Origin: a candidate division FCPU426 bacterium
Lineage (GTDB): Bacteria > Oederibacteriota > Muellerivitia > Muellerivitales > Muellerivitaceae
DNA: 64,000 nt
Assembly: GCA_963738405.1 (NCBI GenBank)
Contig: CAVTWJ010000012.1
Location: forward strand, 94,609 to 158,608
Direction of reading: 5' to 3'
The notes beneath the pieces were generated by a model. The model did no database searches and was not told the DNA's origin. It saw only the letters and a program-made list of their open reading frames with translations. Shown here one piece after another: positions 23,428 to 33,711 of this stretch (its first letter is position 1; every line of letters starts with the position of its first letter). The position numbers were made by a program, and so were the translations under genes.

Positions 23428-26378
23428 GGGGTCACCGCCGGAGTGGGCTTGGGCTGGACGGCCGAAGAAGCCTTCTTCTTTTTGTGGGACGCCATGAGCG
23501 TTTTTAAAACCCTCATTCGCTTGAGGGCCGCGTTGCGGTATTGCTTGACCTTTGTGAAATCCAAAAGCCTTTGGTAGGTCGCCATGGCGTCGCTGTATTT
23601 TTTCTGATTTTCGTAACATTCCGCCGCGCGGGCAAAAGCCGTTACAGCCCACTGGTCTTGCTCGGGATACTTGTCGATCAAGACGTTGAATTCGGTGATA
23701 GCTTCCGGATATTTGCCCATGCTTTTCAAAAGATCGGCGTGATAAAAGGAGGCCTCCGCAGCCAGTTTGGGGTCCGACGATTTCATGCTTTCGGCGTAGG
23801 CTGAAAGCGCCTCATCGGGTTTTTCCGCTTTTTCCAGCAAGATCCCCGCGTTAATGGCCGCTTCTTTCGAGAGCGGGTCATCGGGATATTCTTTCATCAA
23901 TTTCCTGAAATCTTCCAGGGCAATATCCGGGTGTTTGAGTTGTTTCTCGCAAACCGCGCTGTTGAAAAGGCAATGGGGCGCCAGGCGGTGGGTGGGGTAG
24001 GTTTGGTAGATTTGGGTGTAGGCTTCCAGCGCCTTTTTAAAATTCTGCGACTCGAAATAAAGCGAACCCAGGCTAAACTGACCCTCCAGGGCCAAGGGGT
24101 CATTGGGATATTTTTCCAGCAATTGTTTAAAGACGCCCATCGCGTCTTTAGATTGGTCCTGTTTGACCATGGCCGTTCCCATCCAAAAGAGGGCACGCGG
24201 GGCCACCGCGGAGTCGGGGTATTTCGCAACCAAGTCTTGGAACGAATCGACCGCTTCCTTGAATTTGCCGTCATGGAACAGGTTTTCAGCCAACCGGTAT
24301 TGGATGTCCGGGGCAAACTTGCTGTTGGGATATTGGGCCAGGAAATTCTGCGAAACCTGGTTTGCCTCCTCCTTTTGGCCCATCTTTTCCGCCGACCACT
24401 GGAGGCCGTAAAGGGCGTCCGGAAGCAGGGGATGGTCAGGGTAGAGGCCAAGGAAAGACTTGTAAGCATCCTTGGCGTCGGGGTAGCGCTGGAGGTTGAA
24501 ATAACAGTCGGCCTCGCGCAAATGGGCCTCGGGGGCCAGGGCGTCTTTCGGAAATTGCGTCTCGACGGATTTGAACTCCCCGGCGGCCTTCTCAAAATTC
24601 TTTTGGCGGAAATAGGCCCAGGCAGTCCAATATAAAAGCCGGGAGTCCCGATCCGAGGCGGATGGGTTTTGAATCAGGACATCCCAATCGGTGACGGCCT
24701 CAGCGAATTTTTCGCGTCTGTAATCGCACCAGCCGATCTGTTCCTGTGCATCCAAAGCCGTTTCGGTTCCGGCGGAGACGCCTAAGGCTTTTCGGTAGGT
24801 ATCCTCGGCCTGGTCGTAATGGTGTAGGTTGTAAAAACAATCCCCCGCCCGGAGCCAGGATTCGCCCGCAAGGGGCGTTTTAGGAGAAAGATTCGCGGCC
24901 TTGATGAATTGGGCCGAAGCCTCGTCGAAATTTTCCTCTTCAAATTCGCACCATCCCAGTCCTGACAAGTCCTGCTGGGAGAGCTGGGTGTCCGGGGTTT
25001 CATCCAGGGATTGCTGGTAATAGCGAGCGGCTTCTTTGTAATTTTGCGCCTGGTAGTCCGATTCCCCGGCCGCCCAGAGAGTCTTGGCCTTGAGCTGGCC
25101 GGAGGACTTTTCCCCCAGATCTTTGAACTTCAATAGGGCCTCGGGATATTTGCCCAGGGCATATTGGCACCAACCCTGCCAATAGAGAGCGTTGAGGGAA
25201 ATATCCTCCGGCGAGTTGGCGGCCAGAAGGTAATTCTGATAGGCCTCTTCGTAGTTCCCCTGCAGGTAATACCCGCCCGCCTTAAGATAAACCGCGTCCC
25301 ACTTCAGGTCGCTTCCTGGGATGAAATGGTAAACCGAATCAAATTCGCCTCCCGCCTCGTCGTATTTTTTCTCCGCGAAATTGATGGTTCCCAAACCAAA
25401 TTCCAGCAGGTCGGCGGGAGGGGAGGTCCCTGCCAATTGAAGGCCCTTCTGATAATCTTGCCGGGCCTCATCCGGCAAATTCAAATCGGTCTTGGCCACG
25501 CCGGCCCGAACCGCCGCCCAAGGCGCCAGCGGATGGCCCGAATCCTCTGAGAGGATCAGTTCAAACGCCTTCGCGGCGCCCGCCTCATTCCCCTGCTTTT
25601 GGAGCGACCATCCCAAACCGTAACGGGCCCCCGCTTCCAGATAATCTTTCGGGTAAAGGTCGAGGAACTTTTGGTATGCCGCCTGGGCTTCGGCGAATTT
25701 TCCGTTTCGAAAAAGAGTCTCGGCCATTTGGAACCGGCAAAGCTTTTGAAGCGACGGATCCTTGGCTTGGCCCAGGGCGTCGGTGAATCCGGAGAAGGCT
25801 TTTTCATACTGTTTTTGCTGAAAAAGGCACCAAGCCTGGAGGTAATGCACCAGTGGAACGAAGGGGTAATTTTCGTTGCGGTCCAAAATAGCGGAGTATT
25901 TCTCGCCCGCCTCTTGGTACTTTTCCATCTGGAAATAACATTCCCCTTCCCAGAAATAGAGGTCGGGCAGGAAATCCGTTTCTTTGAACCGGCTCTCCAG
26001 CCCCTGGAACTTGGTGAGGGCGGTTGGGTAATCCTTCAAGTAAACCAAAGAGACTGCCGATTTGAATTCATAGCCCAGGGCCCCCGGGGCCAAGGGATAA
26101 AGGCGCAGGGACTGCTGGTAGGCTTGGTAGGCGGCGGAAAAGTCCTTCTCGCGAAACTGGGTTTCGCCGATCAGCCGAAGGGCCAGGGCCCTTTCCAATG
26201 GATTTTCGCTTTTTTCCTCCACCAACAGAAACCGTTCCATAGCCAGCCGGTAGGCCCGGGCCTTAAGGAGGACACGGCCTTCATCCGTGGGGGAGGGGGG
26301 AGCGATGCCGGCGGGAATAGCAGGAGCCGTGAGAAATAACAGCAGAAAAAGAATTGAACACCATTGAAACAAAATCAA
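23424..26378 (-). CDS. Large periplasmic TPR-repeat protein (BamD/CpoB-like repeats)
   Basis: Signal peptide followed by many TPR units, e.g. AQAAYQKFLDLYPK and ALYGLQWSAEKMG. Confidence 0.88.
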   Translation of the reverse strand: MILFQWCSILFLLLFLTAPAIPAGIAPPSPTDEGRVLLKARAYRLAMERFLLVEEKSENPLERALALRLIGETQFREKDFSAAYQAYQQSLRLYPLAPGALGYEFKSAVSLVYLKDYPTALTKFQGLESRFKETDFLPDLYFWEGECYFQMEKYQEAGEKYSAILDRNENYPFVPLVHYLQAWCLFQQKQYEKAFSGFTDALGQAKDPSLQKLCRFQMAETLFRNGKFAEAQAAYQKFLDLYPKDYLEAGARYGLGWSLQKQGNEAGAAKAFELILSEDSGHPLAPWAAVRAGVAKTDLNLPDEARQDYQKGLQLAGTSPPADLLEFGLGTINFAEKKYDEAGGEFDSVYHFIPGSDLKWDAVYLKAGGYYLQGNYEEAYQNYLLAANSPEDISLNALYWQGWCQYALGKYPEALLKFKDLGEKSSGQLKAKTLWAAGESDYQAQNYKEAARYYQQSLDETPDTQLSQQDLSGLGWCEFEEENFDEASAQFIKAANLSPKTPLAGESWLRAGDCFYNLHHYDQAEDTYRKALGVSAGTETALDAQEQIGWCDYRREKFAEAVTDWDVLIQNPSASDRDSRLLYWTAWAYFRQKNFEKAAGEFKSVETQFPKDALAPEAHLREADCYFNLQRYPDAKDAYKSFLGLYPDHPLLPDALYGLQWSAEKMGQKEEANQVSQNFLAQYPNSKFAPDIQYRLAENLFHDGKFKEAVDSFQDLVAKYPDSAVAPRALFWMGTAMVKQDQSKDAMGVFKQLLEKYPNDPLALEGQFSLGSLYFESQNFKKALEAYTQIYQTYPTHRLAPHCLFNSAVCEKQLKHPDIALEDFRKLMKEYPDDPLSKEAAINAGILLEKAEKPDEALSAYAESMKSSDPKLAAEASFYHADLLKSMGKYPEAITEFNVLIDKYPEQDQWAVTAFARAAECYENQKKYSDAMATYQRLLDFTKVKQYRNAALKRMRVLKTLMASHKKKKASSAVQPKPTPAVTP

Positions 26379-26706
26379 CCACCTTGGATAAATTTAAAAA
26401 AAGTGTATACGGTTCCACGCCTGAAATCAGCGCCCAAAATTTGATTTCCACCTGGCGGACGGAAAAACCAATCGAACGGACAAGTTTTCTTAATAGTATT
26501 GCCCTCTCCAATACTGTCAGATGTTAGCCTAAAAGGCGCCCCAAAACCGTAATGAAAATCGGTCACCGTTACCCACAGCTACTGAACCCACTGAGCTTCT
26601 TCCTGGTTTTTCGCGTCGGCATTCAAATCGCCTGTGAAGAGATTACCAGTTAGATAAAGGATTAATAGGTAGGGGATAAATATTCGTTATTCATACCCTC
26701 TAAGCC

Positions 26707-27210
26707 CTAAGAAAGAATGGCCTTTATTAGCGCCTGGTCCATTTTCTTTCTTTTCCTTACTTTGGGTGGCGAGGAAAAAGCAAACTCCAGTTTCAATAAT
26801 AATTCGAGCCATAGGTTTTGTTGCTCATGGGTTAGGGCTTCATTCAAGACGCTGATGAACTCATCGAACACTTTGTTGATTTCTAATGTGGCCCGGCGTC
26901 CCTTCTCGGTGAGAAAAACCTGCCAACAGCGTTTATCTTTGGCTTCCCCACCCCTCTGAACGATTCCTTTTTTCATCAATTGATAAAAGGTCCGGTTGAT
27001 CATAGCGGGATCCGAAACCGTTAATCTCGACAGATCGGCCAAACTGCATTTTTCGTGGGTTTCGATTTGCCTTAATATCAAGGCTTGGCTGGTGTTCCAT
27101 CCTGAGGCCTTCAGACGCCGGCTTAAAGCCCGGTTAATTCTTCGCTGGACGTTTTCCAAAAGTTCAAATGAATCGGACATTTTCAATCTCCTTTTTTTCG
27201 TTTGATCCAA
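26707..27210 (-). CDS. MarR-family transcriptional regulator
   Basis: SQALILRQI...SLADLSR...LMKKGIVQR...DKR...VFLTEKG winged-helix pattern; start may be ATG 27180. Confidence 0.85.
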   Translation of the reverse strand: MDQTKKRRLKMSDSFELLENVQRRINRALSRRLKASGWNTSQALILRQIETHEKCSLADLSRLTVSDPAMINRTFYQLMKKGIVQRGGEAKDKRCWQVFLTEKGRRATLEINKVFDEFISVLNEALTHEQQNLWLELLLKLEFAFSSPPKVRKRKKMDQALIKAILS

Positions 27211-27256
27211 ATCACTGAAAAATCTAATTCTTAAGGTTATTACTCATGAATCCGCG

Positions 27257-27763
27257 TTAATTCATGTTGATTTCAAATTCAACCCTTCGATTTTTAGCCC
27301 GGTTTACCGGAGTGTCGTTAGTTGAAACAGGGTCAGCGTCGCCTTCCCCTGTCGCGCTGACGTAATCAACCGGGACCGATTGTTTGACCATTTCATTCTT
27401 AATGGCTTGGGCCCGCCGCTCGGACAGAACCAAGTTCTTAGTGGATGAACCGCCGTTATCGGTATAGTCCAGAATGGTAACCAAGTCCGAAGGGTGGTTC
27501 GCCAACACTTTTGAGATTCCGTCGATGATTTGAATTCCATTTTGGCTCAACTTGCTCCGGCCAAGTTTGAAAAGCGAGTCACCTTCCACAACGATCTTGA
27601 GCCCTTTGGCGGTTTGTGTGACATCGCCCCAGGGGGAAAATTCCGCGGTTTGGGTATCGACAGGCCTTGGAGTCACGGCTTTTTTGACCTGTTGTTCAGT
27701 GGTGCTGCATCCATTTAAGGCTGCGACAATGGCGAAAATCAGAATGAATTGATAAATTTTCAT
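27257..27763 (-). CDS. OmpA-domain lipoprotein
   Basis: Lipobox LNGC; YTDNGG...NLVLSERRAQ...NRAKNRRVEF. Confidence 0.92.
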   Translation of the reverse strand: MKIYQFILIFAIVAALNGCSTTEQQVKKAVTPRPVDTQTAEFSPWGDVTQTAKGLKIVVEGDSLFKLGRSKLSQNGIQIIDGISKVLANHPSDLVTILDYTDNGGSSTKNLVLSERRAQAIKNEMVKQSVPVDYVSATGEGDADPVSTNDTPVNRAKNRRVEFEINMN

Positions 27764-27899
27764 GGGAAAAACCTCCTTTGTTTTCTTTTACATGCAAATA
27801 AATCTCAGGGCAGGATCAGGTTCGTCCCTAGAACCCGTCCGGGGAAGGCTGGCGCCGGTCCCCCGACGGGTTCCCCGGAAAAACCGGGACCCGAAAAAC

Positions 27900-28085
27900 T
27901 TATTTTTTTACCATTGGCGTGGTACTTGGCTTCACGGTTTTGCTCATCTTTTTCTTATGAGTTCTCTTATGTTTCATCGTTTTGGCTGCAGGTGTCTTGG
28001 ATGGGGTGGGTTCGGCTGCGAACGCAGAACCTGCAACCACCGCCAAGAACATTACCGCCAACAATGTTGCCAATACCTTTTTCAT
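27900..28085 (-). CDS. Small secreted Lys/His-rich protein
   Basis: SD AAGGAG, classic signal peptide ending AFA, basic low-complexity mature part. Confidence 0.7.
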   Translation of the reverse strand: MKKVLATLLAVMFLAVVAGSAFAAEPTPSKTPAAKTMKHKRTHKKKMSKTVKPSTTPMVKK

Positions 28086-28261
28086 AACTTTCTCCTTAAG
28101 TTTTTATGTACAGCCGGGAGACATTCTTTTTTCGGAATGTTTTCCCTTACCACCAAACAAACAACTCCAAAATTCCCCAGAAAACTGGGGCTGGATAAAA
28201 CGCCTGGCCGGAGGAAGGCCGGGCGAGGATCCGGGATGCCGCCGGACCCTAAACCGGGAGG

Positions 28262-28693
28262 TTAGAAATAATCCACCGGCAATGTCTCCCTCGGCTGGGT
28301 GTGAGGCACAAACTTGGGCGTGGCGGAAGCCACCTGTTTCGCATGGTTGATCTCTTCCATGGCGAAGCCTTTCTGGACCTTTAAAACCTGATGGGAATAA
28401 ATCAAATCAGGGTCTTTAATTTCATCCCGATTGGTTTTGAAAAGCAGAGGCCACTCGAAAGAGTCCCCGTAAACATTGGGCTTTCCGGCTATTTGCCACA
28501 GGCAGTCGTGCCTGCGGACGGTATATTGGGCCAGGGTTTCCCTTACCGGTTTACCAGCCGGACTTTCACCGCTTGAAAGCGTCTTGGCAGGATTTTGGCC
28601 GCTCATGTTTTGTTTATTTGTTCCGCACCCCGTTAAAACACCGCCCAAGAACAAAACCGTAGTGACATAAACGGCTCTTTTGAAATTTTTCAT
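28262..28693 (-). CDS. LysM-domain lipoprotein
   Basis: Lipobox LTGC; YTVRRHDCLWQIAG...VYGD...WPLLFKTNRDEIKDPDLIY. Confidence 0.9.
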   Translation of the reverse strand: MKNFKRAVYVTTVLFLGGVLTGCGTNKQNMSGQNPAKTLSSGESPAGKPVRETLAQYTVRRHDCLWQIAGKPNVYGDSFEWPLLFKTNRDEIKDPDLIYSHQVLKVQKGFAMEEINHAKQVASATPKFVPHTQPRETLPVDYF

Positions 28694-29122
28694 GACTTTT
28701 CTCCTTTCATGGGTGAATTGAATAACGGATTAACTCGCCTGTTCATTTCCTTATTTCTTATCAACCTTCCATTAGGTTTCTGGAAAGAGGCTCGAATCCT
28801 GTTTGAGTTTGAAGAGACCGTTGGGAGATTCGAGCTGAATAGGGAACCCTGCCTTGGCTTTACAAGGGCGTTGAGCGGGGGATGAGCGGCCTGGAATAAA
28901 CCTCGTACCAGCTGCGAAACCGGTTTATCCCAGGGGATGTTGCCTAATTTCTTGAGAAACGGTCTTGAAAAACCGGCCAGGATAATCAGGGCGTAAACAC
29001 AAACACCGAGTAATAATTCTTCGCGTTTCATGGAGTCTCCTTTCGTGGGGATTTCGAGCGCAACAGTGCGCACGAATATGCGCCAGGCAGCAAAAGCCCG
29101 GACACTTAAACGAAAGGAAGAA

Positions 29123-29446
29123 TCAGATTCTTAAAATGGGTGAGATCTTGTGAGAGGAAAGCTCTTCGGCAGGCGCAAGGCAAAAAATCCCTTTGGGAAT
29201 GGAAGGGGCTTTTTCCCTAGAAACAGCGGGAACCAGAGCAACGATTTCTGGCGCTTCCCTGTCAATGCTGCGGAGCGCGGTTTGAGGGGTGGTTAAGTCT
29301 TGGTTGTTCGTTGGGAAAAACTTCGATTCATGCAGGGACCCCGAATAGGAACCGTTGTGAAGGGAAACTACCACTGGCCGCAGTATAAACGCTGGCAACA
29401 GAGCTAAAACGAAAAATCGAATGAGAAGATCAATCTTTTTCCGCAT
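29123..29446 (-). CDS. Hypothetical protein
   Basis: ORF with N-terminal hydrophobic segment and SD-like AAAGGA; no recognised family. Confidence 0.4.
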   Translation of the reverse strand: MRKKIDLLIRFFVLALLPAFILRPVVVSLHNGSYSGSLHESKFFPTNNQDLTTPQTALRSIDREAPEIVALVPAVSREKAPSIPKGIFCLAPAEELSSHKISPILRI

Positions 29447-29517
29447 GTTGCATCCTTTTAGTCTTCACTTATAGGACGCTTTAAGTTTGGAAAAAGTTTC
29501 AAAGAAAAAGAGCTAAA

Positions 29518-31248
29518 TTAATAATCCTCGTCTTCTTCCTCTTCCGTCTTTGACTTCTTAATGAATTTCTTGAGCATCTTTTGGAAGGCGCTGGTCTTGC
29601 GGTGAACGCTGTGTTCCTCTGACGCTTCCTCGACGCTATCGGTTTTTTCTGACTTCTCGGATTTTTTGTCGTTAAGTGCCTTAATCGAGAGGCCGATCCG
29701 GCGCTTGCCGGTATCCACCGAAATAACCTTAACGGTCACTTCATCGCCTACCTTCAGAGCCGCTTCCACTGTTTTGGGGATGGGGTTGGCGATTTCGGTT
29801 TTGTGGATCAAGCCTTCGACATTTTTCTCAAGTTCCACGAAGGCGCCAAACTCGGCCAATCGCGCCACCTTGCCGGTCAAGGTCATGCCGGGGTGATATT
29901 TTTCCTCGATCTTGTCCCAGGGATCCCCGTCCACCTGCTTGAGCCCCAATGAAATTCTTTTTTTCTCGTTGTCGATGCCGAGCAGCTTCACGGTGATAGT
30001 CTGCCCCACTTTGAATTCTTTCTGGGGGCTTTTCACGCGCTTGTCCCAGCTGATATCCGATTGGTGCAGGAGCCCTTCCAGCCCTTCCTCCAGTTCCACG
30101 AACACGCCGAATTCAGTCACGTTTGTGATGGTGCCCTGCAGGTTTGAGCCGATGGAATAACGGTGCTGGACATCTTCCCAGGGACTCTTTTCCATGCGCT
30201 TGAAGCTCAGGTTGATTTTCCGCTTCTCGAAATCGATCTCGATGATGCGGGCCATTTTTTTCTCGCCCGCTTTGAAAATATCGGAAGGTTTGCGCATTTT
30301 CTTGGACCAGGTCAGCTCGGTCAGGTGGCAAAAACCCTCCAGTTTGTCGGGCGTACGGACAAAGACCCCGTAATCGACAAAATGAGTCACTTCCACTTCG
30401 AGGGCTTGGTCTACGCGGTATTTTTTATCGGCCTCGACCCAGGGATCGGGCGTCATTTGTTTCAAACCCAGTGAGATCTTGCCTTTTTCTTTGTCGACCT
30501 GGAGCACCATAACCTTCACCGGGCTGTCAACCTTGATATAGTCCTCGACCTTACTAACCCTGCCCCAATCGATATCGGCGATATGCAAAAGCCCGTCGAT
30601 GCCGTTCAAATCCACGAAGGCCCCGTAGCTGACGATGCTTTTCACCCTTCCGTCGATCACGTCGCCGGGATTAAGTTCCGAAATTCTTTTAGTTCGCCCC
30701 TCTTCCCTTTCCATTTCCAAAACGGGGCGGCGGGAAAGAACCACATTCGAACGGCCCCGGTCCAATTTGATGATCTTGAAGTCGTAGATTTTTTCCAGGT
30801 GCTCTTCCGTCTCGGGATTCCGCTGAAGGGAAATTTGACTCGCCGGTAAAAAGGCCTCGACTTGCCCGATATCCACCCGATAGCCGCCGTTCACCTTTTT
30901 AATGACACGGCCCTTGATGAGGGCGCCCGCCTGCTGGGTTTCTTCCAGGGTTTGCCAGACTCGGGACCGATCCACATTGCGCTTGGAAAGCTTAAGCCGC
31001 CCGTTCGAATCGGACATTCTTTCAATGGTCACCTCGACCTCGTCGCCTTCCTTGACGGTCAATTGGCCGGTGATATCCAAAAATTCAGTGCGGAAAATAA
31101 CGCCTTCGGTTTTATAGCCAACGTCAATGACTAGTTCTTCCTGGCCGATTTTCACAATTCGGCCTTTAACAACCTGGCCACGGGAGACTCTTTTTTCCTC
31201 GTTTAAGAGTTCTTCCATTGTCATTTCTTGGATGGGGGTGTCATTCAT
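29518..31248 (-). CDS. rpsA: 30S ribosomal protein S1
   Basis: Six S1 repeats (YGAFVDLNGIDGLLHI; FGVFVELEEGLEGLLH; FGAFVELEKNVEGLIH); cmk nearby. Confidence 0.97.
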   Translation of the reverse strand: MNDTPIQEMTMEELLNEEKRVSRGQVVKGRIVKIGQEELVIDVGYKTEGVIFRTEFLDITGQLTVKEGDEVEVTIERMSDSNGRLKLSKRNVDRSRVWQTLEETQQAGALIKGRVIKKVNGGYRVDIGQVEAFLPASQISLQRNPETEEHLEKIYDFKIIKLDRGRSNVVLSRRPVLEMEREEGRTKRISELNPGDVIDGRVKSIVSYGAFVDLNGIDGLLHIADIDWGRVSKVEDYIKVDSPVKVMVLQVDKEKGKISLGLKQMTPDPWVEADKKYRVDQALEVEVTHFVDYGVFVRTPDKLEGFCHLTELTWSKKMRKPSDIFKAGEKKMARIIEIDFEKRKINLSFKRMEKSPWEDVQHRYSIGSNLQGTITNVTEFGVFVELEEGLEGLLHQSDISWDKRVKSPQKEFKVGQTITVKLLGIDNEKKRISLGLKQVDGDPWDKIEEKYHPGMTLTGKVARLAEFGAFVELEKNVEGLIHKTEIANPIPKTVEAALKVGDEVTVKVISVDTGKRRIGLSIKALNDKKSEKSEKTDSVEEASEEHSVHRKTSAFQKMLKKFIKKSKTEEEEDEDY

Positions 31249-31428
31249 GGTTTATTCCTCAGGTTCTTGCTCCGCTTGGGGGAGAAAATTTGTGGTTTTC
31301 ATTCTACAACAGGGGAGAGGTGGTGCAAACCCTTACGGGCAACTTTCAAGGCGGATAGGGTTCAAAAAGGGTTAGAAAGAAGCGGTAAATGGAAGCCCGA
31401 AATCACCAAAACCATCAAGGAGGATGGT

Positions 31429-32064
31429 TTAACCTTTGACGGGCTTCAGCGCTGCGATGTAGGTCATGATCCTCTCGGCGATGAGCCGGTAGGTAGCCTT
31501 TTCAGCGGGCAAAAGATAAAGGTCGTCCAAGGGAATCGCAGGCCCATAGGCGACCGTCACTTTCCCTGGCTTGGGAAAGAGTTTTCCCTTGGGCAAAGAT
31601 TGAAAGGTACCATCGATATAGGCGGGTATGGCAGGTACCTTAGCGTTGTAAAGGAGCATCCCCACGCCTTTTTTGGCTGGTTGAAGCTCGCCATCAAGGG
31701 TTCGGGTGCCTTCGGGATAGAGACAGAGGGGTTTACCAGAATCAAGGAAATCGTGGAATCTTTGGATGGCGAGAGCATCTTGGGCCCCGCGTTTGACCGG
31801 AAAGGCCCCGCATCGACTGATGATCCAGCCGAAGAATGGGTTTCGGAAGAGTTCTTCCTTGGCCATGAATCCCACCTGCCGAATCTGGCTGGTATAGCCA
31901 ATCATGTAGGGGTCCAAAAAGCTGGCATGGTTAGCCAAAACCACGAAGGGCCCCCTTTCAGGGATGTTTTCAGCGCCCTTGGATTGAACACCAAAATATC
32001 TCGAAGTGAACCAGGCCGTGGTTAGACGAATTTTGGGAAAGGATTTCAAGGCTACCGATTCCAA
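31429..32064 (-). CDS. plsC: 1-acyl-sn-glycerol-3-phosphate acyltransferase
   Basis: NHASFLD and YPEGTRT motifs. Confidence 0.92.
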   Translation of the reverse strand: MESVALKSFPKIRLTTAWFTSRYFGVQSKGAENIPERGPFVVLANHASFLDPYMIGYTSQIRQVGFMAKEELFRNPFFGWIISRCGAFPVKRGAQDALAIQRFHDFLDSGKPLCLYPEGTRTLDGELQPAKKGVGMLLYNAKVPAIPAYIDGTFQSLPKGKLFPKPGKVTVAYGPAIPLDDLYLLPAEKATYRLIAERIMTYIAALKPVKG

Positions 32065-33164
32065 AGTTTTTTAAGCCTCTGGTGGGCCGAAAGGATCATT
32101 TCTTCGGTCATCACCCAGTTGATACAGGCGTCGGTGATGGAAACACCGTATTTTAACTTGGAGCGGTCTTTGACAAGGGGTTGGTTCCCCTCGTGAAGAT
32201 TGCTCTCCACCATGAATCCCGTCACCGAATCGTTGCCCCTCTCCACCTGGCGCAATACGTTTTCAAACGCCACCGGCTGAAGACGGTAATCCTTGTTGGA
32301 GTTGCCATGGCTGCAATCCACCACGATATTGGCGGGAAGACTTTCTTCCATCAATGCCTTCTCGCATTTTTTAAGCGAGGCGGGATCATAATTGGGTTTG
32401 AGGCCGCCTCGAAGCACGATATGGGCATAGGGGTTGCCTGTGGTTCGGAACACGGCGGTTTGACCGTTCTGGTCGATCCCCAGGAAATGGTGGGAGGAGC
32501 GGGCCGCCTTGATGCCGTTCAAGGCCACCTGGATGCTGCCGTCGGTGGCGTTTTTGAACCCCACCGCCATGGAGAGGCCGCTCGCCAATTCCCGATGGGT
32601 TTGGGATTCGGTGGTACGGGCCCCGATGGCCGACCAGCTGATCAAATCGGAAATGTATTGGGGAATGATCGGGTCCAGGGCCTCGGTGGCGCAAGGCAGG
32701 CCCATTTCGTTGAATTTTAAAAGAAGCCGACGGGCCAAGAGGATGCCCTTTTCAATGTTGAAGGAATCGTCCATACCCGGATCATTGATCAATCCCTTCC
32801 ATCCAATGGTGGTTCGGGGCTTCTCAAAATAAACCCGCATGATCAAAAGCAATGTGGATTGAACCATGGAAGAAAGTTTCTTGAGTTTGGTGGCGTATTC
32901 GTAAGCCGCCTGCGGATCGTGAATGGAACAGGGGCCCACTACCACAAATAAACGCTTGTCACGATGTTCCAAGATAGCTTCCACTTCCCGGCGCCCTTTG
33001 AGAACCGTTTCATAAGCCTTTCGGTTGCCCGGCAAAAGGGTCTTAACCTTTTTGGGCGCAATCAGGATTTCCGAACCGGCCACATGGGTATCCTGGGCCT
33101 TGGCCCTTAAATTCACCTTGCCGATATGGGAATATTTGTGTTTGGAGATTTTATTGGAGCTCAT
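32052..33164 (-). CDS. DAHP synthase, class I-alpha (AroF/G/H type)
   Basis: GPCSIHD, RVYFEKPRTTIGWKGLINDP, IGARTTESQTHRE, DCSHGNS, SITDACI. Confidence 0.97.
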   Translation of the reverse strand: MSSNKISKHKYSHIGKVNLRAKAQDTHVAGSEILIAPKKVKTLLPGNRKAYETVLKGRREVEAILEHRDKRLFVVVGPCSIHDPQAAYEYATKLKKLSSMVQSTLLLIMRVYFEKPRTTIGWKGLINDPGMDDSFNIEKGILLARRLLLKFNEMGLPCATEALDPIIPQYISDLISWSAIGARTTESQTHRELASGLSMAVGFKNATDGSIQVALNGIKAARSSHHFLGIDQNGQTAVFRTTGNPYAHIVLRGGLKPNYDPASLKKCEKALMEESLPANIVVDCSHGNSNKDYRLQPVAFENVLRQVERGNDSVTGFMVESNLHEGNQPLVKDRSKLKYGVSITDACINWVMTEEMILSAHQRLKKLWNR

Positions 33165-33711
33165 GAGTCCCTTTCCGGGTTTTGGGGGCGGATTATAGCA
33201 GGCCCCCCTTTTCGCTAAATTGAAATCTTGCTTAGCGATGAAACATTAGGTTTGGATGACGTTTATTTAAAGGCCAAGCGCCTAAGTCTATATTTTTCAG
33301 TTCAAAAATTCTCACCAACCATCGCTATTCATCTTCACTTTAAATCTTCACTGCGAAAAGAACCGTGATTCAAAAAAATTCTCAAAGAGTGCCAATTTTG
33401 CATTTAAACGCATTTATTTTGCGAGATAAAAGTGCCGGAGCATTTGGAAGCACAAGACTCAAAAACCATTTTGCGGCCCATTTTCGAAATGGAATCGGGA
33501 TGTTATTTACCTTTCGCTCAATCTTCCGCATGGTTTTTAACGCCTCAAGACGAAACTTTCATGAATTTTAGGGCGCCTTTCCCTCGATCGAAAAACTTCT
33601 CAAGGTAAATGCCCGTGATTTCATGGTTTTAGAGGGCAGTTAAAGTAAACCTTTAAAGCCTCAAGAACCCAAAACATCTTGGGAAATTTTGTTTTCGGAC
33701 GATTAAAAGAG

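Noticed and set aside
27821..28260. GC-rich hairpins at about 27831-27890 and 28201-28225
   Set aside because: They lie just downstream of minus-strand genes and are best explained as ordinary terminator or stabiliser stems; they are not repeated.
28690..29073. 127-aa ORF or riboswitch upstream of the LysM lipoprotein gene
   Set aside because: No recognisable protein family, and only a 9-bp inverted repeat (GCTCGAATC/GATTCGAGC) without a c-di-AMP or c-di-GMP riboswitch consensus.
33165..33711. 547-bp AT-rich gap between cmk and the DAHP synthase gene as an attenuator or ncRNA
   Set aside because: I found no convincing leader peptide, T-box or recognisable RNA motif.
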